Positions 23,958-36,753 of a stretch of 64,000 nucleotides of DNA are shown in pieces (position 1 is the stretch's first letter; the number at the start of each line of letters is the position of its first letter). Source of the stretch: Moniliella sp. 'wahieum' (taxonomy: Eukaryota); assembly GCA_003971905.1 (NCBI GenBank), contig RSEE01000015.1, positions 186,001 through 250,000 of the forward strand, written 5' to 3'. The notes under the pieces were generated by a model. The model did not search any database. It saw only the letters and a list, made by a program, of their open reading frames with translations, and was not told the origin of the DNA. A program made the translations under genes and the position numbers.

Positions 23958-26130
23958 ATGACCGACATGCCCGTAGCCACCGCGCCCGACGCGTCCGATC
24001 ATGCGGCCCAGCCCGACCCCCCGCCCAACCTCCCTCCGCCCTCTCCCCCTCCTCCGCCGGCGGGCCATGTGGCCCACGACGCGTCCCCTCCAGACAACGC
24101 GTCGAACCCCGCTCCTCAAGGCGCGTCCGAGCATAACATCGAGGCCGCCGTGCAGGATCAATTCTCTGACCCCCAGTTGGGCCCAGCCCCCGAGCCCCAG
24201 CCTGCGCCTGCGCTTGAGCCGGCGCATGAGCAGCAACCTGAATTCCACGTCAAGCCTGAGGCGCCGCAGCACGTCCCAGCTTGCGCATGGGCATGAGGCC
24301 GAGTCGGTTCCCAAGCCTACCTCCGAACTTGAACCTCATCCCGTTCCTGAACCTGAGCCAGCACCTGAGCCTGAGCCCCAAACCCAAGAGGCTGCGCAAC
24401 CGTACGATCTCAACGTGCAGATGCACCTGGCAGCAGCTGCAGCTGCCGCAGCCGCCGCGGCGGCCGCGGCCGCTGACTCGGGGCAAGATGAAAATCATGC
24501 CAATGAGGTCGGTGTTGCACCTGTGGCTGCCCCCAGTGGCTGGTCTTTCCCCCTGGCTTTGACGTTTTGCAGCAACAGGCCGGAATGGCTGGCTATGGAG
24601 CGCTCCCGCCCAACCCGACACTCTACAATGAGTTGAAGCCTCACCAGGACGCCACCAAGCGTTCTCTTTACAATACTGGTGGCAACACCAATGGCCGCAA
24701 GCCGTGGCAAGCCGAAGAGACCGCAGCGTTGATCGAGTCGATCGAGGAGATTTGTGCGTACAAGCAAGAGTACACTGGAATTCAGCCCTATGCGCTCGTC
24801 CTGCGCTGGCATGGACCTTCAGGCGAGCGCTCCACTTTGCTGGCTGCACGCAACAATATGCAGCTTAAGGACAAGTCGCGCAATGAGCTGTTGCGCCTGA
24901 AACGTGCGGGCAAACCCATTCCCTTTTGGAAGAATATTCTCCACAAGACTCTATGGGTACGTGTTAACTTTTCCGTGATCCATTCTTTGGTCCCCTTTCG
25001 TTTGCACTAACGGTGGTATATACCGGGCAGAATGATGCAGTGGAGGGTGTTATGGTCGAACCCGCGCCAATGGTTCCCTCACTGGAAGAGGCGTTGCAAC
25101 ATGGCTGGCACGCGAGCGACTTCGGTGGACCGGAGCCGAATTCTCGTGGCGTGGCACCCGCAACAGTTCTTCTGGCCGCAGCAGAGGACGTCGGTCCCAG
25201 CGTTCCGACGGCCAAGGGGACGCAGAAGAAGAGCGCACGGTAGATGCGCCATCCCAAGTTCACGACCCGTTGTCGCAGCTTATCCCGCCTCCGCCCCTCC
25301 CAGCCACGGATCCTATGCGCATCTGTCCGAAAAGAAGCGCAAGGGCAAGAAGCGCAAGGCGGATTCGGACGAAATGGGCGCCCGTGCCGGGGAGGATGAA
25401 GCGGCGATGATGCGACAGCAGATGGAGGCCCAAGCTGCTGCGTCCGCTGCAGCCGCAACGCAATTGCATTTGCAGGCCCAGCAAGCTGCTGCTGCCTACA
25501 CGGCTGCGGTCAACGAACATGTGCCTGGCAGACGCAACGCGGGCTCGCAACGCCGTCACAATGCCAAGATCACCCAGTTGCATGCCACGGCCCACCAGAC
25601 GGCCCAGGCGGCGGCCCAGGCCAGTATGCATGCTTGGCAGCTGCATATGCAGCGCTTCATGCCCGACCCATCCCAAGGCCCGTCAGCAGCCGCGATGGCA
25701 GCAGCCCATGCGGCGGCTGGGGGTCAGATGCCGGGCGGGATGGACATGGTACAACTGCAAGCGCAGATGCAACAATATGCTGCCCAGCAACAGGCCGTGC
25801 TGCGGTGGCCAGTGTAGGGGAGCCCCACAAGAAGCGTCGGCATCACAAGCGCAAGCATCGACATTCCGAGCACGCGTCTCCGAATGCCGAGACGAGTCAG
25901 GCTCAGGTTCCTGTCACGTCCGATGGCGCATCCGATTCGACGGCCCAGGCGGCCAACCAGGTGCTGCAATCGTTGGAAACGGGGGCCTGGGGCTTTTCCT
26001 CCCTGGACCCGGCACCGGCACCGCCGATTCCAGCTCCGGAACCAGCGCCGCCTATGCTGCGCCCGAGCCAGCGCCGCCTATGTCAGCGCCGGAACCAGCC
26101 TCGGGCGAGGGTGCAGCACAGGAGGCCTAA
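23958..26130 (+). CDS. Myb/telobox-domain protein (Tbf1/TRF-like telomere-repeat-binding fold) with Pro/Glu- and Gln/Ala-rich flanks
   Basis: RKPWQAEETAALIESIEE...YALVLRWHGPSGERSTLLAARNNMQLKDKSRN resembles the telobox R..VQLKDK(A/W)RN. Probable introns near 24508-24572 and 24957-25030. Basic NLS-like KKRKGKKRK. Confidence 0.72.
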
Positions 26131-26537
26131 CGTCAAAAGCAAGGCATTTCCGATCTGCTTTATCCTGCCCCTTCTAAGTAGATGATCCCTCCAGTCATCC
26201 TTCCCGCCCTCGGACTGCTGCACGGGGTGGAGAGGGGACGGATCGTGTTGTTGTTCATGAATCTATTTGCCTCGATGGTGGTGGTGAATGGTAGCGAGTG
26301 GTGGTGAATGGTGGTGAATATGGTGGTGAATGGTGGCGCAGGCGAGGCGGGGGCGGGGAGGCGGAAATGCACACTAGAGATGCGCATCCATTCCGCCCCG
26401 GTGCGCTCGGGTTAGTAATGGCCCCCGGCACCTGCCCCCCGCGAGATGGAAGCCCAGCCCCGCCTGGTCGAATCTGCCCGGCGCAGGCGGGCGACGGCCA
26501 GCCACCACCCCCACCGCCCCCGCCCTGCCGACGCCCC

Positions 26538-27463
26538 ATGGTGGCCCTTCCTGCCCTCGGTGTCCGCGCTGTCCGCGCCGCGGTGCGTGCTGCGCCCCAG
26601 GTTGCCCCTCGCCTCTCCGCCCGCGCGCTCTCTTCCTCGGTGCGTGTGCTGGCCCAGCCCCCGTACCCCGCCGGCGGTGACCGCGTCAACCCCGACTCGC
26701 CCTTTATCGAGCCCGCCGGCATCAACCCCGCAGAGAAGTACCAGGCAATCAGCCTGCCGCTTCATGACTACGGCGCCTACCTTACGAGCGTGCTGCCCAA
26801 GTTCATCCAGCAATTCACGGTGGTCAAGACGAGTTGACGCTGTACATTGCCCCAGCCAGTGTCACCCCCGTCCTCGAGTTTCTGCGCGACCACACCCAGT
26901 GCCAGTACACCCAGCTTCAGGACCTCACCGCGGTCGACTTCCCTCGCGTTCGCAACGCTTTGAGATTGTCTACCACCTTCTCTCCATCAACTTTAACTCG
27001 CGGATCCGCGTCAAGACGTACGGCGACGAGGTGACACCCATTCCTAGTGCCACTGGTCTTTTCCGTTCGGCGGACTGGATGGAGCGTGAGGTGTATGATC
27101 TGTTTGGCATCTTCTTCGTTGGCCACCCGGACTTGCGTCGCATCATGACCGACTATGGTATGCCCTTTCCTGCCTGGTTCTGGATAGAGTTTTTTTATCT
27201 AACCTCGGTTTGTTCGATGTGCAGGATTTGAGGGCCACCCGCTACGCAAGGATTTCCCTCTGACTGGGTACACCGAGCTGCGGTACGATGAAGAAAAGAA
27301 GCGCGTGGTGCAGGAGCCATTGCAGCTGACCCAAGCGTTCCGCAACTTTGAGGGAACGTCTCCATGGGAGCAGGTGGGCGAGGGCGTGTCGTACCTGCCC
27401 AACGAATACCAGCTGGTTCCGCCGCCCAAGGAGGAGGAGCCACCCAAGGACGCCAAGAAGTGA
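26538..27463 (+). CDS. NDUFS3: NADH:ubiquinone oxidoreductase 30 kDa subunit (NDUFS3/NuoC homologue), mitochondrial precursor
   Basis: Presequence; [93 protein letters not shown]. Intron at 27158-27224. Two single-base deletions. Confidence 0.96.
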
Positions 27464-27696
27464 TTGTTCTTGCTAATGCACCAAAGGATCCAGGTCTAGG
27501 TTCCCTCTCCTATCCCGGGTGCATATTATCATCTCTACCAGCACAATGCAGGACAGGTTGGGAAGTCGTGTGCGCCTCCGTAGTGGCAGACAGGACGGTT
27601 CGACGGTGTTTTTGGATAGGTAGTGAGAGTCATGTTACGGCGGAGACTGACCAAACTCGACGGTGCCGTCAACTGAGTTCGGTCAAAGTCATGCAG

Positions 27697-28444
27697 TTAG
27701 AAGAACTTGATGTACACAATAAACACAAACAGAACCCCAATAGCACCCACTCTGACCGAAAGAAGAAGTGTTAGTATGACGCAGGTCACGCTCCCACCAG
27801 CCTAAGCCCAAAGGATTACGTACGGGGCCCATTTGCGGATCATAGCATCAATGTTGATTTGCGTGCCGATCTCCGATACCTCAGCGACTCATCCCGGAGT
27901 GAGCTCGACATGGTGGACATTTGATCCAAACTGTCCCCGCGCCAGAGAAGGTCCTCCATGTTTTTGGTCATGATGCGTGTTACATCGGCCAGGTCCTCGT
28001 TGAGTTTGTCCAGGTTGCTCGACTTGGCCGATTGGGCGGTGCGGGCATCGGCATAGAGTCGGGTGGTGCGTTGGATAAATGTGTCAAACGCGACAAACGC
28101 ATACGGTCGAAGGGTGCGCTGGGCCACTTGGGGTCCATGCGATTGGCCAAACTCGACAGCCAGCTCGTCGAGGTAGGCGAAGGCCAGCTTCCGCGGATAC
28201 GATTTTTCGCAGATGGCCACATATACTACCGCCGCTGGGTCGGGAGCAGGAGGACGGACAAGGTAATGAAGGGTCATGGCACCGCTTTCGATGCTGCACC
28301 GAGGCTCGCTCCCGGGACCGAGGCGGCGACGACAAGCTTGGCCTGGGCCGCGTACTCGGCGAGCTGGGCCGAGTTCTGGTCATCACTGCTCTGCGCAAGC
28401 GGGAGGCCGTCGCTGACACGCGCGATGAGCGTACCACGCACCAT
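27697..28444 (-). CDS. SEC22: Longin R-SNARE Sec22
   Basis: MVRGTLIARVSDGLPLAQS; ICEKSYPRKLAFAYLDEL; RPYAFVAFDTFIQRT; DVTRIMTKNMEDLLWRGDSLDQMS; C-terminal transmembrane exon after an intron (about 27751-27823). Confidence 0.95.
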
Positions 28445-28716
28445 GCCAGGACAGGGGAGAGGAAGCGGCAATGGTGTGGGGTGCCGCTTCCACGTCGCCC
28501 GGCCCGTGGACTGTGAAGCGCGGGCTGGGGGGCGTCGGGGGCGCCGCGGGCGGGAGATTAGGTAACGTCTCACATCTCAAATTTCACCCTGTCCCAAACC
28601 AGCTATCGCCAGGTGGCAATTGGGGCCCCCGGATGCCCCATGGGTTTATGCTGGCCGCGCAGGCTCGTTTATCGGTCGTCCTGCTTCCACCTCGCCTCTC
28701 CCCCACGTCGGCCAAG

Positions 28717-29750
28717 ATGATGGCATTAGCACTGCGGCACGTTGCCACGTTCTCCTCCGCTCAGGCGCATGCCCAGCGTGCACTATCCCAAGTGCGCAGC
28801 AACCTTCTTCACACGTCGCCTGTGGTGTGCGGACCCGCATCCGGCGCGGCTGGCAGCCAAGGTGGATCAGGGCAAGACGAAGCCACGTCGGACGCGCCTT
28901 GGCTCGGGGCAGGGATCCCTCTCGGTGCCAATACCTTCTCTGGTGCGCCGATCCATTCCGTCACCGGTATGTTCGCTACCGCATACAATGATCCGCTGCG
29001 TCAGGATGATACGGATGACTGGGCCTTTGGCGGTGGCGCCAAGAGCAAGTCGGGCCGCCAGGGGGTAGCGGTAGCAGCGCAGTGGGACTCACCGCCGGGG
29101 TCTTTACTGTGGATGGCACGAATCTGTGGGAGCATCAGGGTCATATCCACGCCTCTCCTCGAGCCCCGGGTGAGGAGGCATCCCTTGCGGCCCACACGTA
29201 CTCAGGACCGACTGGAGGGCGGTCAGTTTCTCCCTTTGATCCTACACCTGGCGTTCCTCGTACCACCCTGGGGGTCCCCGGCTCCGATGGAGAGCGAGTC
29301 GGACATCCTGGGCCAACGCCGGGTACAAAAGCAGAACTCTTCCACCAAGAATGGGACCAAGTAGGTCGACCAGTCTTGTCCCCTTTCCCATTGATTCCGG
29401 CTTCCCCTTGTCCCATTCGTAGCAGTCCAACTGTCCTCACCATATATCACAGCAACCACACTTTCTCATTGTCATCTAGGATTCTTTGTCTCCTGATTCT
29501 GTCGACCTCGCACGGGCCTGTTCCCCCGGAAAACTCTATGGGCCTCCATCCATGGAAGATCCATGACCCAGACCAAACGCCAATGATAAGCGCTGAAAAG
29601 CGGTACACAATTGATCGGGTAATTGCATAGAAGCGCCCTCTCTCGTAGCCGACAGTGTTGGAAAAGAGAAATAGCGCCATGGGTGGTCGTGTTCTGCCTT
29701 TTGATTGGGGTCTTCCGCACCAGCACTGACTACCTGTGCCGCATCTTTTT
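28717..29750 (+). CDS. Hypothetical protein with mitochondrial-presequence-like N-terminus; weak resemblance to mitoribosomal bS21m/Mrp21
   Basis: MMALALRHVATFSS...RALSQVRSNLLHTSPVV presequence pattern; GPTGGRSV and VDLARA segments. Frames are broken and the 3' end is unclear. Confidence 0.3.
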
Positions 29751-31995
29751 TGCACGAGTAGACCAAGGCACATGGCCTACTAAGGCTGGTAGGATTTTGG
29801 CGTCTCGTGGGATCGCAGACTCTCCAGAGGTGAAGCAAGTATTTTCTTTGGTTCTGAGGTCATGAGCCGAATCAAGACAGGTGGTAATGCGACAGTTCAA
29901 TGTTCAAGGTATGATCGGTAAGTGGGAAAAAGAGACGCGAAACATGAAGTTCATGCTAGTATTAGTATAGAGGGAAAGATTGGATTCACCACCCTTGCAA
30001 AGGCTGTAAAGAAGATGGCAATGACTAGGTTTGTTTTCGTCTCTGCTGGACAATGATCTCGGGAAGAACAGTGGCTAACTGTCGCTCGAACACTAGGGAT
30101 GGACCTTTGCCTCATGTCTTTCGGGCCCACGGGCCTTTTGGATAAAGAGATCAGACTCATGACCTATTATCATCGATTAGGCGATCTTTTCCTATATGGA
30201 CTTGGGTGCCTACCGTTTCCACGGATTATGCAGGGACTCAAGGCAATGCCATACCATCATTGAACTGTACTATGCGATGCACACAGCTATAATGAGAAGC
30301 TAGATCCATTTCCGTGAGCTTAAGACACAGGTCTGCTAATGATCGCTCCTTTCACTGCAACGGTGCAGTGGTGCAATCTCTCTCATCCCCAAACAGGACG
30401 CCGGCACACAACTCGTCAGATCCCCAAAAGTCGTTCGTATAGATTAACTGTTTCTCAACCAGCATTACAAGACCATCATACCTTTCGGGCTGATCCTCTC
30501 TTCTCCCATTCATCGCAATGGCCAATAAAACAAAAAGCCGCAGTGCCTAGTGAGAGTCTCAAGATCCTTGATCCCTCTCAGTTCTCACTCTCTCACCTCT
30601 TCCTTTAAAGAAACCAACGATAGTCTTCATCATCCTCACCAATAGTGTTCATGCATCAGTATATGACATCTTGCTTTCGCCACTCATCATCTCCAAGGGC
30701 AATTGTCGGGCCCTGATCGCTCCCGTGTACATCCGCTGTGGCAATAGTCCCATCAATAAAGCAGAGAGTCATGTGGGGTGCTCGTACCGATCATTGACAA
30801 CGGATTAATCGGGTTGTTCTAGGTGGGATGAGCAAAAAGAGTGTGTCACGAGAGACATAAGAAGAATGAGAATGGAAAAGGAGAAGAAACAATCTATATA
30901 CATCTATACGTTCACCTATTTACGTCCATGTACTACCCACCAGAGGTAGCCCACCAGAGGCAGTATATACATCGAGAGGAAAAAAAGAAAGAAGGCTGAG
31001 ATGTGGGAACAGATAGTTCTGGAGCTGTGAATGAAAAAAGGTCTTGCCTTTTTATCTAGTAACTAAGGACTGTATACTATGCATGGTGAAGGCAAAGTGT
31101 TGATGTTGTCAGCAGGCCAGCACCTTTCGGTTTCGCCATCCCCTTCCAAACGTAATGTAGCGTTCGCGGATACACTGAGAGTAGTAGAGTGGTAAGTACA
31201 TGTGAACGTTCAGAGTTCAGATGAACCATCTGATCTCCAATGACAATGTACAGTAAGTTTCTTTCTCTATACTCTCAAACAACGTGTTTTGGTATACAGT
31301 CCTGCTAAAATACAGTACCCGCGTCTTGTCTGGGCAAAGGAAGATCGACTATTGATTGCGTTCCTGTTATACTTTGGGCATTTTTGTCGCATTCCGCTTG
31401 CTCCACAATCGATGCAGTTTCTTCTCCAAACGGTCCATTGCACCCCGGTGTCGTCATCTCTCCTCTCTTGTGTCACATTCCGTTACTCAACCTTGGCCTC
31501 ATCCTCTGTACTAGAGTCCCTCACAAGTATTGTGTGCACTCCTACATCTTTGCCACAGCAAACACGTCCGACCCTATCACATCTCGGCAATCCGTATGCC
31601 TTTTGCTCTGCACCCCCAACACCGCGCTTTCTGTTCTTTTTCCACAACCGGCTCATTGTGAGCATGAGTATATTCCGCACAGCAGAGCACACAAAAGCTT
31701 AGCGCACAAACTTGAGGGTTGGCTCTCGCAAGACCTCTTGCAACGCGCCAAACTTGAAGGCAATGTGACGCTGTGGCAAGGCCTTGCAGCAATAATACAG
31801 CAAAGGTATGCTTGCGTTGGAAGGCGCTAAAAAAACGATAAACGCGTTACTGTTAGAGGGTACTGCTAGGGTTCTCCTGCGCGGCCCTCAATGGATCGGT
31901 GACGCTCGCCTAGCCGAGCGGAAGCGTTCCGCTCGCAGGCCGCGCACGCCCTGCTCGCTCCATCTCCCTTCTCTCTCTCCTTTCTCCTTCCCTTC

Positions 31996-32149
31996 AGACG
32001 TTGCTTGAAGACTTGTGGCTCACCACTTTGCCTTCACGCCTTGTCTGAAGGTACGCCTCTGCTTCCTTTCTTGACCTGTTGCTCCTCACAATGAGACGTT
32101 GCTTGAAGACTTGTGGCTCACCACTTTGCCTTCACGCCTTGTCTGAAGG
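31996..32149 (+). repeat. Two identical 56-bp direct repeats separated by 42 bp
   Basis: agacgttgcttgaagacttgtggctcaccactttgccttcacgccttgtctgaagg at 31996-32051 and 32094-32149. Confidence 0.95.
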
Positions 32150-34786
32150 CTGCTTTGCAGCTGATCCATAGGATCGCGAGTGCTCTCAAGTCGCACTCTA
32201 GCAGTTACACGTTAGACGTTGAACGTTTTGACCTTAAGATCGTTGTTAAAAAGATTTTTTACACCAAAAAATCGCTCGCCCACTCAGTCTAAGTACCACC
32301 CTCAGCTGAGGGCTCAACGAACGCGCTCAACCACTCAACTCCATTGCTGGAGCGGAAGCTCTTCACGCTTCAAGCTTCAAGCTTCAGTAACTACAGTAAC
32401 TCAGTACACTCAGTATATGTTTTCGAGATCACTCTTCGATCTGAATCTGAGATCCGTGCCTCTGTTGAATACGATCGCGCCTCGAGATCTGAGAGCTTGA
32501 AGAGCTTGAGCGCCTGAGCAGACTGGCCTGACAGCTTGAGCGTACTCGATGCAGGACTTGGGCCGGGCAAGGGTGTGGAAGGGTCCAGGAAGTTCAGGTA
32601 CGTTCAACGTTCAACATTCAATTTCAGGCCTTCAGGCCTGGGGCTGGCCTCAAGCTTCACGCTTCAAGCTTCAAGCCTCAAGGCCTGAGGTCTCAGGACT
32701 TGGCGTGTGTGGCATGTGCGATGATCGATAATCGATAAGATGAGCATGTGACATGTGACATGACCTCATCGATCTCAGACCTAACATGTAACGCCTACAA
32801 GGCCGACTATATATGCGCTCTATAGCAGCACATAGCGCAGCATGAGTGCATGATGCATGTGCATGAGCCATGCACTGAGCCTCAGCGCTAAGCCTTAGCG
32901 CTTAGCGCTACTACGCAGGCATAAGACCATTCCTGCATCCTGCATCCTGCATCATTAATCATTAATCATTCCATTTCGCAAGTTTTGGTTGGCCAGTGGG
33001 GAAGGGCAGGGGGTGTACTGGAGGGGCCTGCTCAGAAAACGTTACGCTTTCTTTTTTATCATCACGAGCGAGAATAATCTTATTTTGGCAAAATAGACTG
33101 CTATATCTATAGCAATTGGATCCCTGTGGTGGGGTGGGAGGGCGCATAAGTTTGTCGCTCATGTGGCTTGCAGCTTGTGGCTAAGCGCTAATACACGCTA
33201 CTAGCTACTATTACCTACTAATAGAGGCTACTGTATGGATCACTATAGGGTACGTAGGTTTGGGAGGCAGCTGTATTACGTCCATCGGGGAGAGAAAGGA
33301 GAGGACTGTTGGGGAGACTCCCTCCAGACAAAGCAGAGGGTATAGAGCATAGGGGCAGAGCGGAGAAGGGCACGTACGGCCTGGCCATAAGCCTTAGGTT
33401 AGGCCCTGGGAGCCAGGGAAGCTGGAAGCCGGCCGGAAGGTGATTTCGGTATGGAAAAAAAAAGCAGCATTGTGACATGCGTGACATGTGAGAGAGAGGT
33501 GGCGGAATCTAACGTGTCACAGTAGTTAACGCGTTAGCGTTTAACTATAGGACCGTAAGGACCGTAACGCGTAACGCATAACCGCGTGACCGGTAACCAG
33601 GCGTAACGCGTAACGCGTAAAGTTAACCGCAACCGCGTAACGCGTAGCCTACCGTAACTCGGCACAGGTAGTGCGCTTGGGCGTAGTGCCAATCATTTAT
33701 CAGCGCATCAGCCGTCCGCGCGTCAGCGCTCAGCCGTCCAGCGTCCTGGAGTACGCAGGAGCCGGCCCCGCGCGGCGCCGCACTAGCACGGGGCTGGATG
33801 CATGTCTGAGTGCGGCGTGCACAGCTGCCCCGTCGAGACATCCGCACATGTCCAGCACCAGCAGGCAGGCACCGCCTGGCACCGCAAGCCCCGCGTGCCA
33901 GCACATGGCCAGCCTCTTGCCGAGGTGCTCGCTTCTCTTCTGCAGCGGCTCCTGCACAACACGGTTAAGCGGTTTAACCTGCTTAACGGCAGGAAGTACC
34001 AGCTGTACATAGGTACACCGGACCCTGCGTAATCGACGTAATCGGCGTATCCATGTAGTCGTGACCTGTGACTGGCGTGACTGGTGACCGGGTGACCCAG
34101 GTGACCTCGGTCTTGCGGTGGCCAGGCAGCAGTACACTTGAGCGCCTGAGCGCCTGAAGTTGGAGGGGTCCATCGGACGTCTGAGACGACAAACGACGCC
34201 CTTGGACCAAAAGGGGATGCCCGTCCTGGAGATCGGCATTGGCAAGGCTCCCTGCCGCCACCTCACCGACGCCTGTGCTTCTTCATCGGCCTGCTCCCCT
34301 CTCCTCTCGGCAGGTCTTTCTCCTGTCCTGAACCTCAGGCCTCGTATTCCTCTACCTCATCAGGCCCTTCAATATCTCCTCCCTCTTCCCTCTCAGTTTG
34401 AGTCCATCCCACCTGGTCCAAACACCCACCACCCGTTCCCCCGCCCTTGGGCCTCAGGCCTCACTAGTCAACCCCCATTCTGAACACCCAGTACTAGTTC
34501 GTACTTAGTACCCAGCACTCTGTACTCATCGGACTGATCGGTCACCTGAGCCCGTACACCCCGCTCCCTAGCGTAGGCTTAACTTGTCTGTTGCTTACGA
34601 CTAGTCACTAGTCACTAGCCACTACTACTGGTCATCTGGTCATCCCCCGATATCCATCCGCTCGATCCACCACGTCCCTACCACCGCAAACCGTCACTTA
34701 CCCCGCTTAGCCCCTTCTTGTCCCATTACGGGTTACCGGTTACCCCTAGTAGTCATACTCCCTTGACTTTCCCCGTTCTTCCAATC

Positions 34787-36753
34787 ATGACTTCGTCTGA
34801 TTTTGCTTCCGCGGCTGCGACTGCTCCTCTACCCGAGCCCTCCCTCTTCAGTCAGGCGAGCGTACCCCTCCATTCACCCTCTACCAGTATGACAGCTCGC
34901 AGCCAGTACTTGCCCCTCGCTGCGTCTCCCTCTGGTACAACGTTCCTCTCGCCTTCCTCGGCTCCCTTGGCGCCCGCTCGCGCTGCCTCGTTCGATGTTG
35001 CGCCTCCCCCAAGTTCCCAAGCCCTTCTCACACCCGACTGGACTCCCCCTGGTTTGCCCTCTGTCATCGGCCCAACAGTAAACAATGCACCGTCAGGGCA
35101 GCGCCTCATTACGCCTCCATTCCTCATGCAATCACCTGCGTGCATGTTGCCAACCTTTCCTCTGCCTCTTCCGCCACCTCCCCAGCAGCTTCTTGCTTCT
35201 GCACCACCTCGGCCCCTCATGAACCCACGGGCAAGCTTGTTGGTACTCGGCTCAACTGGTGCGACATGATTTGCCAGACTCTCGCTGAGCTCGCCGAACC
35301 GCACATGGTGGTCCAGGATCTCTTCCTACGCATGTGCCAGCTCTTCCCTGAGATTCGCGAATGGGCTGTGGGTAAAGATTGGGAGGTATGTGCCGTTTCA
35401 TCGTCTTCTCCTTTTTGGGGCAGTATTAGGTCGACTAATTAACAACCTCTTTCCTTTCTCGTCCAGGGTAAAGTTAAAAATCGGATCAAGTCAACGCTGT
35501 CCATCAAAAACGCAGTGTTTACCAAGATTCCGCGACCGTCCCATGTGCCGGGTAAGGGGTCCTGGTGGACTCTTAACCCGGAGGCTCTGGCAGAGTGGCG
35601 CACAGGAAAGAAGGCTGTCGTCGTTCGTGTCCAGCCCGGCCACATTGACGCCTCTCATCGGCCTACGACAACCACAACCCAGGCTTCTATGACAGGAGGG
35701 TCGACGAGGAAGAACCGGAAAGTGCGACAGACCGGGTCTTCACGGTCTCCTGGTTCCAGTCGCGAGTCGAGTATGTCCGTTTCCCGTCCCTTGATCAATA
35801 GCGCTGGCCCTACACCATTGCCCCCTGGACTTGAGCTTCTCGATGAACAACACACTGGGGTGCAACATGTTTATGCCTCCTATGGTCACCTCGCCTATGA
35901 TGCCCGGATCAGCACCTTTGCCAATTACATCCATTCCCTCGCCTGAGATGGCGACAGCTCCACCTTCTTCTACTGTACTGGGTTTGCAATTTGGCCCCCC
36001 CGCTTTCGACACCGTAGCACCAACACACACCACTTCCCCTGATGGGCCCCAACCAACCGGATCTGGGATTCAATAGTGGTCTGTTGACCAGTTGGACACA
36101 TCCATCTACAACGGAAGAGCCTTCTCTAGCTCATTGTCCCCCACAGCAACTGTAAGCATGCCCCCCCTTTCTTCCTCGTCTTGTTTTTTTTATTGAATGT
36201 TTGTCCTTGCTACGTCTCGCAACCTATCTCTCTCTCCAGCCCAACCTATGGGTATAAGATCGTGCTGACCTCACTATTTTTTTATCTTTGCCCTTTCCAG
36301 ATCAGCCGATGCAATTGGCACCAAGCCTACCTTCGTCAACTTGCCTCCTCCAAGTCCAGCTGACTCCCCTGCCCAAAATCGGCTCAACCCCATTCGGGCT
36401 GAGATGGACATTATTTTTGGCTGGTGCGGTGACGACGAAGCACCAAGGGGGGAGGGTGTTGAAGCAAGAGATCCATCGACAGGTGCAACACCCCTTTGGT
36501 GGCAGGCAACGCCGTCGCAAGCGGGCCAGCTGATCGCGACGGTATCCTGAGCCCCACCCCGTCCGACTCAAGTGGTCTTAGTCTACAAACGTCCCCTGAG
36601 GAAAGCAGTGAGGCACCGGAGATGACCGGACGGAGCCTTTCCTTTCTTGGTGTCCCACCGGACGTGGTGTTCGCCCCCATGATGGAGGAGGTGAATGACA
36701 ACAAGCCCTTTGATCCACCTTGGCCTCTCGCTTCCCATCCCGGATTAGCCTAA
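34787..36753 (+). CDS. Forkhead (winged-helix) transcription factor, divergent type
   Basis: LNWCDMICQTLAE...VVQDLFLRMCQLFPEI...WE|GKVKNRIKSTLSIKNAVFTKIPRPSHVPGKGSWWTL. Introns at 35386-35466 and about 36152-36300. Ser/Pro-rich flanks with indels. Confidence 0.82.
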
